Shown one piece after another: positions 1-8,512 of a stretch of DNA of 64,000 bases (position 1 is the first letter of the stretch; the number at the start of each line of letters is the position of its first letter). The notes under the pieces are model-generated. The model searched no databases and had not been told where the DNA came from. It was given only the letters and a program-made list of their open reading frames with translations. A program made the translations under genes and the position numbers. This stretch comes from Candidatus Oxydemutatoraceae bacterium (lineage in GTDB: Bacteria > Pseudomonadota > Gammaproteobacteria > Poriferisulfidales > Oxydemutatoraceae), in NCBI GenBank assembly GCA_965218975.1, contig OZ244717.1, positions 1,728,001 through 1,792,000 on the forward strand. Reading direction: 5' to 3'.

Positions 1-64
1 GGGGAAGCGCTCGGCGGTAACATTCGAATCGGTGCTTTCTGTCCGTTGCCAGCATGAGGGCGGT

Positions 65-185
65 GCAGGGTGGGACGCGCCGCTGAAAACCGATCGGTTA
101 TTCAGCGGCGAACGACCCGACAAGGACGCCGGGGCTGGCGCTCATTGACAGAACCAAGTCTCGTCATAGACGACAGGCACTTTGC
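65..185 (+). repeat. R repeat copy 1 (~120-bp structured element)
   Basis: GCAGGGTG...GAAAACCGATCGGTT...CCCGACAAGGACGCCGGGG...CACTTTGC; matches ten other copies. Confidence 0.9.
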
Positions 186-419
186 TGAGCATTCACCAAC
201 AAACACAAAACGGTTTCATAACCGATCATTGAATGCTTCCGTATCGGCGAATAGCAGGTCTTCCGCATGATTGATACAATCTTCTTGGACGGTGCGGTTG
301 AAACACTCGATGTACACGTTCATTTTTGGACACTTGGGATAGGTCAGCCACTGCTCAATCGCGGGTGATTCCCGGATGAGGCGGGCAAACTGTCCTTGAA
401 ACTCACTACCGCCGTCCGT

Positions 420-537
420 CAGGGTGAGACGCACCCGGAAAACCGATCGGTTTTCAACGGCAAACGACCCGACAAGGACGTCGGGCTGGCGCTCATTGAC
501 AGAACCAAGTCTCGTCATGGACGACAAGCACTTTGCC
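420..537 (+). repeat. R repeat copy 2
   Basis: CAGGGTGAGAC...GAAAACCGATCGGTTTTC...CACTTTGCC. Confidence 0.9.
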
Positions 538-875
538 AGGTTGCGGCAGTACCGACACTATACACCCAGGGTCAGGCGCAGGAATGCGGCAGCATTACGG
601 CTGTTACAGCGGTTGGTTGCCACTGCTGTTGCCATACGGGTATAGACATTGATGGCCGTTAAGACGTAGCGGTAACACTCCGTGCTGATAACGCACAATC
701 GTATCCAGGGCGATGCAATGCCCCGGATACTGTGCTTTGAAGTGTTTCGACTTGCGTGCCTTGCAACGGCGCTTGAACAGTCGTTTTGTTTATCCTTTGA
801 CATTCAGCCGCTGCGGAATACAGCGCATTTTATCCGGCGCATCCGCAATCAGGCGCGCAATCGTGCGGACACTCG

Positions 876-995
876 GGCAGGGTGAGACGCGCCCGGAAAA
901 CCGATCGGTTTTCAGCGGCGAACGGCCCGACAAGGATATCGGGGCTGAGGTTCATTCGCAGAACCAAGTTTCGTCACGGACGACAGACACTTTAC
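876..995 (+). repeat. R repeat copy 3 (tail continues to 1055)
   Basis: GGCAGGGTGAGAC...CACTTTAC, followed by tail ACACAAAACGGTTTCATCAGC...CTGCCGA. Confidence 0.9.
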
Positions 996-1056
996 TGACA
1001 ACGCGGCAACAAACACAAAACGGTTTCATCAGCTTAAAGACTTTACTGCTGCCGAG

Positions 1057-1285
1057 TGTATAGTGTCAGATACATATGGAATAATCGTCTGAGAGGCAAT
1101 CTGCAATTTGGCTTATCATAGAAACTTTTGCATGATTCGCTCTGGCGAGTCTAACCATCAGATGATCGATTACTTACAACACTACAATGGCGAACGCCCT
1201 CACCGGAGATTAAACGACATGCTCCCTCTATCAAGCCATTTCCCGGCGACTCTCCCATTTGTCCGGAATGTATTGGACACGTACA
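1057..1285 (+). mobile_element. Miniature IS481 derivative (229 bp)
   Basis: Starts TGTATAGTGTCAGATACATATGG (IS left end, cf. 7343-7366), ends GTCCGGAATGTATTGGACACGTACA (right end, cf. 22561); carries transposase C-terminus DYLQHYNGERPH. Confidence 0.7.
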
Positions 1286-1418
1286 ATGAAAGAAACGGAA
1301 TATTAGACAGCGATGACAAAAAACATCGTTGGCAAGTTCTCCTTAAGACTCCGAAGAAATATCAAAAATATCTTTTAATTGATTAAAATAGTTAAGAAAT
1401 ATACCGAGAGGTAATATC

Positions 1419-2726
1419 ATGACCGCAAACTTAGCAAAAGTTGCCAAAGAAAGAGGCATTAAATATTTTCTAGTCAGCTTCGTAGACTTGTTTGGAAACC
1501 TGCGGGCAAAGCTAGTGCCTGCGCATGCCATCAAAGACATGCAAAAAAATGGCGCAGGCTTTGCAGGCTTTGCAACATGGCTAGATATGACACCTGCACA
1601 TCCGGACCTATTTGGAGTACCGGACCCCGGTAGTTTGACTCAATTACCTTGGAATTCCGAGGTGGGTTGGTTAGCGTGTGACCTGTGGATGGATGGCAGA
1701 GAAGTCGAAGCTTCTCCTCGTGTTGCATTAAAAAGGCAACTTGAGCGTGCCGCCAAAAAAGGCTATTGCGTAAAAACAGGGGTCGAGTGTGAATACTTTC
1801 TGATTAATCAAGAAGGCACTGCGGTAGCAGATACAGCTGATACGCAAAGTAAACCCTGCTATGATCAACAAGCATTGATGCGGCATTATCCATTGATTCG
1901 CAAAATATGTGATAGCATGACCGAACTCGGATGGAACCCTTATCAAAACGACCATGAAGACGCTAATGGCCAGTTTGAAATGAATTGGGATTATGACGAT
2001 GCTATGTTGACCGCTGACCGGCATGTGTTTTTCAAATATATGACAAAAACTTTAGCTGAACAGCATAACCTACGCGCTACTTTTGCTCCGAAGCCATTTC
2101 CGAATTTAACTGGGAACGGTTGTCACGCACATATTTCCCTGTGGAATAAAACCGCGCAAAAGAACTTATTCTTGGATAAGAGCGATGATTTAGGTTTATC
2201 CGAGCTGGCCTATCAATTTCTAGGCGGTATCATGCAGCATGCGCAATCTTTGTGTGCAGTGTTTAACCCCACGGTGAACAGCTACAAGCGTATTAGCGCA
2301 CCACGCACCGCTTCGGGTGCTACCTGGTCGCCAAACTCTATCACCTATTCCGGTAACAATCGCACTCATATGATCCGCGTACCGGATGGTGGAAGATTCG
2401 AACTACGATTAATGGACGGCGCTGCAAATCCTTATTTATTACAAGCCGGCGTAATCGCCGCAGGATTGGATGGCATTAAAAACAAAAGTGATCCGGGTAA
2501 ACCTCTACATATTAATATGTACGAAGAAGGGTATAAACTAAAAGCAGTTAGGCAATTGCCGGCCACTCTAATCGATGCCTTACACTTACTCGACAAAAAT
2601 AAAGCGATTCGCAAAAGTTTAGGCGAAGAACTGATTAACGCGTTTATTAAACTTAAGATGCACGAATGGAGAGAATTCACTAGCCACTTCAGTGAGTGGG
2701 AACGTACCAACGCACTAGATTGTTGA
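1419..2726 (+). CDS. glnT: Type III glutamine synthetase-like protein GlnT, probable gamma-glutamylmethylamide synthetase (GmaS)
   Basis: 435 aa; KYFLVSFVDLFG, GAGFAGFATW, NDHEDANGQFEMN, GNGCHAH, RFELRLMDGAANPY motifs; neighbours Amt and Mgs-like genes. Confidence 0.85.
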   Translation: MTANLAKVAKERGIKYFLVSFVDLFGNLRAKLVPAHAIKDMQKNGAGFAGFATWLDMTPAHPDLFGVPDPGSLTQLPWNSEVGWLACDLWMDGREVEASPRVALKRQLERAAKKGYCVKTGVECEYFLINQEGTAVADTADTQSKPCYDQQALMRHYPLIRKICDSMTELGWNPYQNDHEDANGQFEMNWDYDDAMLTADRHVFFKYMTKTLAEQHNLRATFAPKPFPNLTGNGCHAHISLWNKTAQKNLFLDKSDDLGLSELAYQFLGGIMQHAQSLCAVFNPTVNSYKRISAPRTASGATWSPNSITYSGNNRTHMIRVPDGGRFELRLMDGAANPYLLQAGVIAAGLDGIKNKSDPGKPLHINMYEEGYKLKAVRQLPATLIDALHLLDKNKAIRKSLGEELINAFIKLKMHEWREFTSHFSEWERTNALDC

Positions 2727-3449
2727 TAATGTCGTCCGTTTCCAATTCTTATATAATAAGCGGGAATAGCGGTTCATATCTACCATATACTGATTGGCAG
2801 TTACATTCATATTCTCTAAAGCGCTCTCACCTAGCTGCTTTTCCAATGCGGACTTGTACGCGGGAATCTTGCCCCACTCCGTTACTGTCGTGGGTGTAAT
2901 TTCAATATGAAATTGCACGCTTAACACATGTGTTTCTATAGACATTGCTTGAACAATACAAGCGGGTGTCGAGGCAAGTACTTTTGCGTTTCTAGGCACA
3001 CGCTTTACTGCCGCACTGTGCCATTGCAAACAATACATATGTTTAGGCAACTGGTGCAAAAACGGACTATTAACACCCTGCTCCGTGCTCGTTACGCCCA
3101 GCACACCTATCTCAGGCTGCCGAGCTAAACGCACCTCTCCGCCTAATGCATCGGCTAATAGCTGGTGCCCTAAACAGAAACCTAAATAGGGCAATTTACG
3201 CTCCGACACAGCCTCACGAATCGCTGCCTTTTCATCTAATAACCAGGGATATTTATCTTCTTCCCATACATCCATCGGTCCGCCCATTACCCATAAAGCA
3301 TCATAACTATTCAAATTAGGGATGGGTTCACCTTCATCTAATTCAACGGTATGCCATTCAATCCCATCTTCTTTTAAAAATTCACGGAAGATTCCGGGGT
3401 GCTCTGCCGCAATATGTTGAAAAACCAATATTTGTTCTAACTTTTTCAC
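2715..3449 (-). CDS. Class I glutamine amidotransferase
   Basis: 244 aa; VMGGPM, GFCLGHQ nucleophile elbow, QFHIE triad; GTG start. Confidence 0.85.
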   Translation of the reverse strand: MKKLEQILVFQHIAAEHPGIFREFLKEDGIEWHTVELDEGEPIPNLNSYDALWVMGGPMDVWEEDKYPWLLDEKAAIREAVSERKLPYLGFCLGHQLLADALGGEVRLARQPEIGVLGVTSTEQGVNSPFLHQLPKHMYCLQWHSAAVKRVPRNAKVLASTPACIVQAMSIETHVLSVQFHIEITPTTVTEWGKIPAYKSALEKQLGESALENMNVTANQYMVDMNRYSRLLYKNWKRTTLSTI

Positions 3450-3451
3450 GA

Positions 3452-3949
3452 TTAATCAGCGCGCTTCAAATAAACACGTTCATTTGGCCCCTGCAACTCC
3501 ACATTAAACTTTGCCGTTTCAGGAGAGAATGCATCCTCTGCGACAATGTTCTCAAACATAATCTGCTGATTGCTAAAGTCGATGTAATTCACTCGTCGAT
3601 TATTCAATGTAAAAAATATTATATTAAGTGAATTCTGACGGACTAAAGAATCACGCTCTTCCTCAGACCAATCCCAATCAAACGGACAACCAGGGATATT
3701 TCTATCCGGTTTGTAATTTGACAAAATAAATGCCTTGTCCCATGCAAAAGGCATCGCATCGGTCAAATAAATAGTGCGATTAATATTATTTCTAAGATAA
3801 GTGTACAGATGTCCACGCAGCTGAGCTTGACTAGTACAGCTCTTATATTGAGCCTGGTAATACAAAACGAATACCAACGCAACTACTGAGGGTGCTATAA
3901 AGAGAATCGGTTTAGTCGGAATTTCCTGGAGTAAAACCCTTATATTCAT
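3452..3949 (-). CDS. Hypothetical protein with N-terminal membrane anchor
   Basis: 165-aa ORF with hydrophobic N-terminal segment; abuts the amidotransferase gene. Confidence 0.65.
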   Translation of the reverse strand: MNIRVLLQEIPTKPILFIAPSVVALVFVLYYQAQYKSCTSQAQLRGHLYTYLRNNINRTIYLTDAMPFAWDKAFILSNYKPDRNIPGCPFDWDWSEEERDSLVRQNSLNIIFFTLNNRRVNYIDFSNQQIMFENIVAEDAFSPETAKFNVELQGPNERVYLKRAD

Positions 3950-3996
3950 TTCAGCCGCCGAATAATACGACTTTTACCAGTTAAGACAGACTGCAT

Positions 3997-4028
3997 AAAA
4001 AAGTCCCGGCTTTAGAAAAGCCGGGACT
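3997..4028 (-). terminator. Rho-independent terminator of the amt operon
   Basis: Perfect 12-bp stem AGTCCCGGCTTT-AGA-AAAGCCGGGACT, followed by a T-run on the minus strand. Confidence 0.85.
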
Positions 4029-4052
4029 AACAGGAGAACGTCAGCGAAAAAA

Positions 4053-4313
4053 CTATCGTTTAAAATGTCGCGAGGAAGGGTCTTCTTCAAGCTCAAGCGC
4101 TTGCTTCAGCCCTTCTTTATCTCCCCAACGCTTCAATTCTTCTTTGTGTTCATATTTTTCTATGGCTATTTGCCATATATGCCACACTATCCAAATGACA
4201 AATCCAATGAAAAATAGAAGCCATTCGGCCCCTACCATCGGATAAATTGGCCCTAGCTGATCTAAGTTAGCAAAACTTGTAATACCGGTAGACATTTTAT
4301 TTTCTCCCGTCAT
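4053..4313 (-). CDS. Small single-pass membrane protein downstream of amt
   Basis: ~80-86 aa with one Trp-rich TM helix (WLLFFIGFVIWIVWHIWQI); lies between amt and the terminator. Confidence 0.7.
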   Translation of the reverse strand: MTGENKMSTGITSFANLDQLGPIYPMVGAEWLLFFIGFVIWIVWHIWQIAIEKYEHKEELKRWGDKEGLKQALELEEDPSSRHFKR

Positions 4314-4343
4314 TAATTATTTTAAATAGAAAGTATCGGATCA

Positions 4344-5762
4344 TTATATAAGCCCATCCTTTTTCGCATTCTCCAATAGCAATTTATCTAATTCGCTTGA
4401 CTCTAGGTCTATTTGCATTTCGCTAGAAATATCCAAACCTGCCAACTCGATTTCTTTCGGAATACGCAACAGCCCTGCAGCATCAAGTATCTTTGCTGCA
4501 ATAAGAGCTGGGAAAAATCCTAAGACAAAGAACATAATGAGTGCGCCGATAAATTGCCCCCAAGGCGAAATAGTTGCGTAGTTTTCAAACGGCGAAGCCG
4601 GATACCCCCACAACACAAAACCACAAATGACAACACCAAAAAAGCCAGCGTACCCATGCACCGCAACTGCGCCTACCGCATCGTCCACCTTGAATCTCTT
4701 CTCAACCCAGTGATGCATCCTATATGCAATAATCACGCCCACAATTGAGATAACGAATGCTTGCATTGGATGGTATAAGTCATTTCCTGCCGAGGCGGCA
4801 ATCAAACCCGCAAGCCCACCGGAAAATGTCCAGAAAGGATCACCTTTAGAAACAATATAACCGCTCATTAACCCCCCGGACAAAGCAATTAAGAAATTAA
4901 ACGTAATTGCCGAAAGTGTCGTGGGACCAAGGTAGATATTAGTCGCAGTAAACATTGTTTTGCCTTCAACGTCTAACATATCACCGCCAAAGAAATCTAT
5001 GATAGGCACATTACACGCTGCATAGAATCCCCAAAAACCCGTGTAAATGAGAAAGATACCTATACACAGCAGCCACGGATTGTGCGGATTAATATTTCGA
5101 GGCGCTCCATCTTCACGGAACTTTCCGATACGCGGACCTAAAACCAGCAGTATGCCTAAAGCGAACCCGCCCGCAATTGCATGAATAACTCCCGAAGCAT
5201 ACGCATCATGGTAGCCTAGCTTATGCACCATCCAGCCGTCCCAATGCCAGCCCCAAGCCGCATCGATAATCCAAAGGACCGAACCAATTAAAACAGCCAA
5301 GATCCAAAATCCGCCGGATTGAATGCGTTCAATCACCGCACCGGAAACAATTGATGCCGCGGTCCATGAAAAAAGTAAAAATGCGCCCCAAAATACACCG
5401 TTAATACGCGCCCAAGACGCTGTATTATCTGCAGTTAACGCTTCCTGTACAGGGACGCCACCCATATGAGGGCCCATCAGCTCACTCCAAGGTGTCGCGT
5501 GCACTGCGCTTTGTATACTGCCCATAATTCCCGGTCCGTACGGAAATGCAAAATAAATCCACCATCCGAAAAAGAAAAATGTAATGGTCACTAACGGAAT
5601 GATCATTATATTTTTCATTAGAGTATGTAAGTGGTTTTTATGTCTTGAAGCGCCTACTTCATACATGCAGAATCCCACATGGATTAGGAACATGATTACT
5701 ACAGTTACCCAATAATAAAATTCGGTAAAAACGACGGTAAGCGAGCCTAGTGCATCAGTCAT
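4344..5762 (-). CDS. amt: Ammonium/methylammonium transporter (divergent Amt)
   Basis: 472 aa, multi-TM; SIVSGAVIER, GVIH and AVHG twin-His, LGPRIGKF, VDDAVGA motifs; good RBS. Confidence 0.9.
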   Translation of the reverse strand: MTDALGSLTVVFTEFYYWVTVVIMFLIHVGFCMYEVGASRHKNHLHTLMKNIMIIPLVTITFFFFGWWIYFAFPYGPGIMGSIQSAVHATPWSELMGPHMGGVPVQEALTADNTASWARINGVFWGAFLLFSWTAASIVSGAVIERIQSGGFWILAVLIGSVLWIIDAAWGWHWDGWMVHKLGYHDAYASGVIHAIAGGFALGILLVLGPRIGKFREDGAPRNINPHNPWLLCIGIFLIYTGFWGFYAACNVPIIDFFGGDMLDVEGKTMFTATNIYLGPTTLSAITFNFLIALSGGLMSGYIVSKGDPFWTFSGGLAGLIAASAGNDLYHPMQAFVISIVGVIIAYRMHHWVEKRFKVDDAVGAVAVHGYAGFFGVVICGFVLWGYPASPFENYATISPWGQFIGALIMFFVLGFFPALIAAKILDAAGLLRIPKEIELAGLDISSEMQIDLESSELDKLLLENAKKDGLI

Positions 5763-5807
5763 ACCTATTCCTCCCTTTTGTTTTCTTTTGATCGCAACAC
5801 ATCTTAA

Positions 5808-5863
5808 ATTAAGTGTTCGTTAAACATTAAGTGTTCGTTAAACATAGCGAATATGCGAACATT
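5808..5863. promoter_or_regulatory. Tandem 18-bp direct repeat with TGTT-N5-AACA boxes upstream of amt (candidate operator)
   Basis: ATTAAGTGTTCGTTAAAC at 5808-5825 and 5826-5843; inverted half-site GCGAACATT at ~5855-5863. Confidence 0.45.
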
Positions 5864-6069
5864 ATTATTAGTTATGCCTGTATCGCAGCTAATACATTAC
5901 ACCTCATTTTTCATATAAAAAATATACCGTGAGTATTAGTCCTAATAGGTATATTTTTTCTAACTACTAATAGGCATAAATAAGTGTACGATGCCACCTA
6001 AATGGGATTTTTGAAGAGCTTTGAGGGAAGCGCTCGGCAGTAACATTCGGACCGGTGCTTTCTGTCCGT

Positions 6070-6183
6070 GTGAGACGCGCCCGGAAAACCGATCGGTTTT
6101 CAGCGGCGAACGACCCGACAAGGATGTCGGGGCTGGCACTCATTGACAGAACCAAGTCTCGTCATGGACGACAGGCACTTTGC
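6070..6183 (+). repeat. R repeat copy 4 (left end clipped)
   Basis: GTGAGACGCGCCCGGAAAACCGATCGGTTTTC...CACTTTGC. Confidence 0.9.
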
Positions 6184-6417
6184 TGAGCATTCGCCAACAA
6201 ACACAAAACGGTTCCATAACCGGTCATTGAATGCTTCCGTATCGGCGAATAGCAGGTCTTCTGCATGATCGATACAATCTTCTTGGACGGTGCGGTTGAA
6301 GCGCTTGATGTGTGCGTTCATTTTTGGACACTTGGGATAGGTCAGCCACTGCTCAATCACGGGTGATTCCCGGATGAGCCGGGCAAACTGTCCTTGAAAC
6401 TCACTCCCGCCGTCCGT

Positions 6418-6536
6418 CAGGGTGAAACGCGCCCGGAAAACCGATCGGTTTTCAGCGGCGAACGACCCGACAAGGACGTCGGGGCTGGCGCTCATTGACA
6501 GAACCCAGTCTCGTCATGGATGACAGGCACTTTGCC
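6418..6536 (+). repeat. R repeat copy 5 (tail to 6616)
   Basis: CAGGGTGAAAC...CACTTTGCC plus tail with three ACAATCC units. Confidence 0.9.
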
Positions 6537-6925
6537 GACAATCCGGCACAATCCGCCGACAATCCGGCAGCAAACACAAAACGGTTTCATCAGCTCAAAG
6601 ACTTTACTGCTGCCGAAATTCTGCCAGGCGCAGGAATGCGGCAGCACTACGGCTGTTACAGCGGTTGGTTGCCACTGCTGTTGCCATACGGGTATAGACA
6701 TCGATGGCCGTTAAGACGTAGCGGCGCACTTCGTGCTGATCACGCACGATTGTATCCAGGGCGATGCAATGCCCCGGATACTGTGCTTTGAAGTGTTTCG
6801 GCTTGCGTGCCTTGCAACGGTGCTTGAACAGTCGTTTTGTTTGTTCTTTAGCATTCAGATGCTGCAGAATACAGCGCATTTTATCCGGCGCATCCGCGAT
6901 CAGGCCGCAATCGTGCGGACACTCG

Positions 6926-7045
6926 GGCAGGGTGAGATGCGCCCGGAAAACCGATCGGTTTTCAGCGGCAAGCGACCCGACAAGGACGTCGAGGCTGGGG
7001 TTCATTCGCAGAACCAAGTCTCGTCATGGATGACAGGCACTTTGC
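6926..7045 (+). repeat. R repeat copy 6
   Basis: GGCAGGGTGAGAT...CACTTTGC. Confidence 0.9.
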
Positions 7046-7395
7046 TAGGTTGCGGCCAGGTCCGCCGACGCCTCTTGCGCGGTGCTTTGCCGCGGTCATG
7101 CAAGGCGCTGAGCCCAGTGCGGCGATAACGCTTGCGCCAGGCATACAAAGTGCTACGACTGAGCTTGAATGTGTTCGGGAGTTACAATCCTCCCAAAATA
7201 ACAGGGCATCGTGTTTCTGTTGAGCCGTTGTGTTCATGAGCCTCTATTTTTGAAGCAAAATTGGCTCATATAGAAACCTTTGATGCGGTGGCCGATGTGC
7301 TGGTATTGCATATCGGTCACCTTTTCGAGTTAAGCCGTGAGTCCCATATGTATCTGGCACTATACACTGTGGTTCCCGACTCGAAGTGGACCCGC

Positions 7396-7998
7396 TCATT
7401 GAAACAAGGACACACTACTCATTTCATTCGGCAAGGGGTCTGCGAGTACCCGCTTCCAATTAGGGTCAAAAGCAAGAATTTGAATGCTCGGCGGAAGGTG
7501 CGGATTAAATAAAGCATTGTGCCAATAAGTTGCCTGAAATTCATGTTCATTCGCAGCTAAATTCTTAACCCGGCACGGAATCGTATACTGTTGATTTTGT
7601 TGATGGAAAATTAATACAATCGTGTTCGCAGCTAGTATTCTATTTGTAATTTCGGATGCTGCGGGCAACAGTGCAGTCAATCGATCGGTGAATTGATCCG
7701 CATGTTGGTAATGACCGGCAACAAGCGTTTTCAATACCGAATCACGACGTATCGCCGGATCATGGGTTTTTTTATACATAAAACGAAATTCGGGAATCAA
7801 TCCCGTTAGGTCTCTCCGATTGATCAGTACAATAAGTCTGGTGAACACTTGATTATCTATGACGACCACCGCTCGCATTCCTGAAGACGGCCGCCCATCT
7901 TGCATACGCACTGCATGTTGACGTATCCGACATTGCCAACTTAAAAAATGATGGCGTAATAATTGTTCGGTCGATCGCGCACTTGCCACGATTATCAT
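7396..7998 (-). CDS. Hypothetical protein
   Basis: 200-aa ORF co-oriented with the mgs-like operon; protein-like composition (FLSWQCRIRQ...GRPS). Confidence 0.7.
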   Translation of the reverse strand: MIIVASARSTEQLLRHHFLSWQCRIRQHAVRMQDGRPSSGMRAVVVIDNQVFTRLIVLINRRDLTGLIPEFRFMYKKTHDPAIRRDSVLKTLVAGHYQHADQFTDRLTALLPAASEITNRILAANTIVLIFHQQNQQYTIPCRVKNLAANEHEFQATYWHNALFNPHLPPSIQILAFDPNWKRVLADPLPNEMSSVSLFQ

Positions 7999-8093
7999 CT
8001 CAGATAAGCAACATTAATAGCACATAGAAATAAACCGGAATCCGCCAATCAGACTAAAATTATTCTACATCCTATTAGTATAACGATCAGGCT

Positions 8094-8489
8094 TTAGCTA
8101 AATTTCCCATAAGCTTTGCGCAACTCAATCAGAGGATGATTCGGCGACATTTGAAATTTAACCAGCAGCTCTCTTGCAATCATGTCTCGATCCTGCTGAT
8201 TATCCGGTAGATCCATATCCTCCGGAACCGTAATCCAACCATTAATATTGCGATCAAAAACCGCAGCGCGACCTTCCTCATACCCCATATGTACATCTTC
8301 CAGCCAGTTGAGATCGCTCCAACCCATAATATCAATATATTTTTTAAGAAAAGGCGTGAGTTTGCTTAAATCGGGAACTAAATTTACATCGTAGCGATAA
8401 CCAATATGTTGCCCGATCATCCGAGCGCGCTCATCGTCGAGATCATCGGATTTTAGAAATTGATCAATGTCTTTGTTTTTTTTACTCAT
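8094..8489 (-). CDS. Small acidic hypothetical protein of the mgs-like operon
   Basis: 131 aa, 23 bp downstream of the FMN-glutamate synthase gene, RBS-like AGAGAG. Confidence 0.75.
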   Translation of the reverse strand: MSKKNKDIDQFLKSDDLDDERARMIGQHIGYRYDVNLVPDLSKLTPFLKKYIDIMGWSDLNWLEDVHMGYEEGRAAVFDRNINGWITVPEDMDLPDNQQDRDMIARELLVKFQMSPNHPLIELRKAYGKFS

Positions 8490-8512
8490 AATACTCTCTA
8501 AATAAAATCCTT

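Larger units (their letters stand above)
1..1055 (-). mobile_element. Degraded IS481-family element (subtype A) interrupted by three R repeats; truncated by window edge
   Basis: Minus-strand transposase fragments YVLTAINVYTR, LTDGGSEFQG, MNVYIECFNRTVQED (DDE core) separated by R copies; homologous to 5985-7366 and 55541-56763. Confidence 0.85.
5985..7366 (-). mobile_element. IS481-family relic (subtype A) with both ends, interrupted by three R repeats
   Basis: TGT...ACA ends with imperfect TIRs (TGTACGATGCCA / TGTATAGTGCCA); frameshifted transposase pieces MQYQHIGHRIKGFY, PGHCIALDT, LTDGGSEF, RFNRTVQED. Confidence 0.9.

Noticed and set aside
65-1055. R-spacer-R pattern as a CRISPR array
   Set aside because: Repeats are ~120 bp, the spacers vary widely in length and are consecutive transposase fragments, and no cas genes are present.
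5985-7366. Short ORFs across IS/R loci (also 70-1063, 33176-33410, 55532-56632) as real genes
   Set aside because: They are chimeras of transposase fragments and R sequence whose frames differ between copies.
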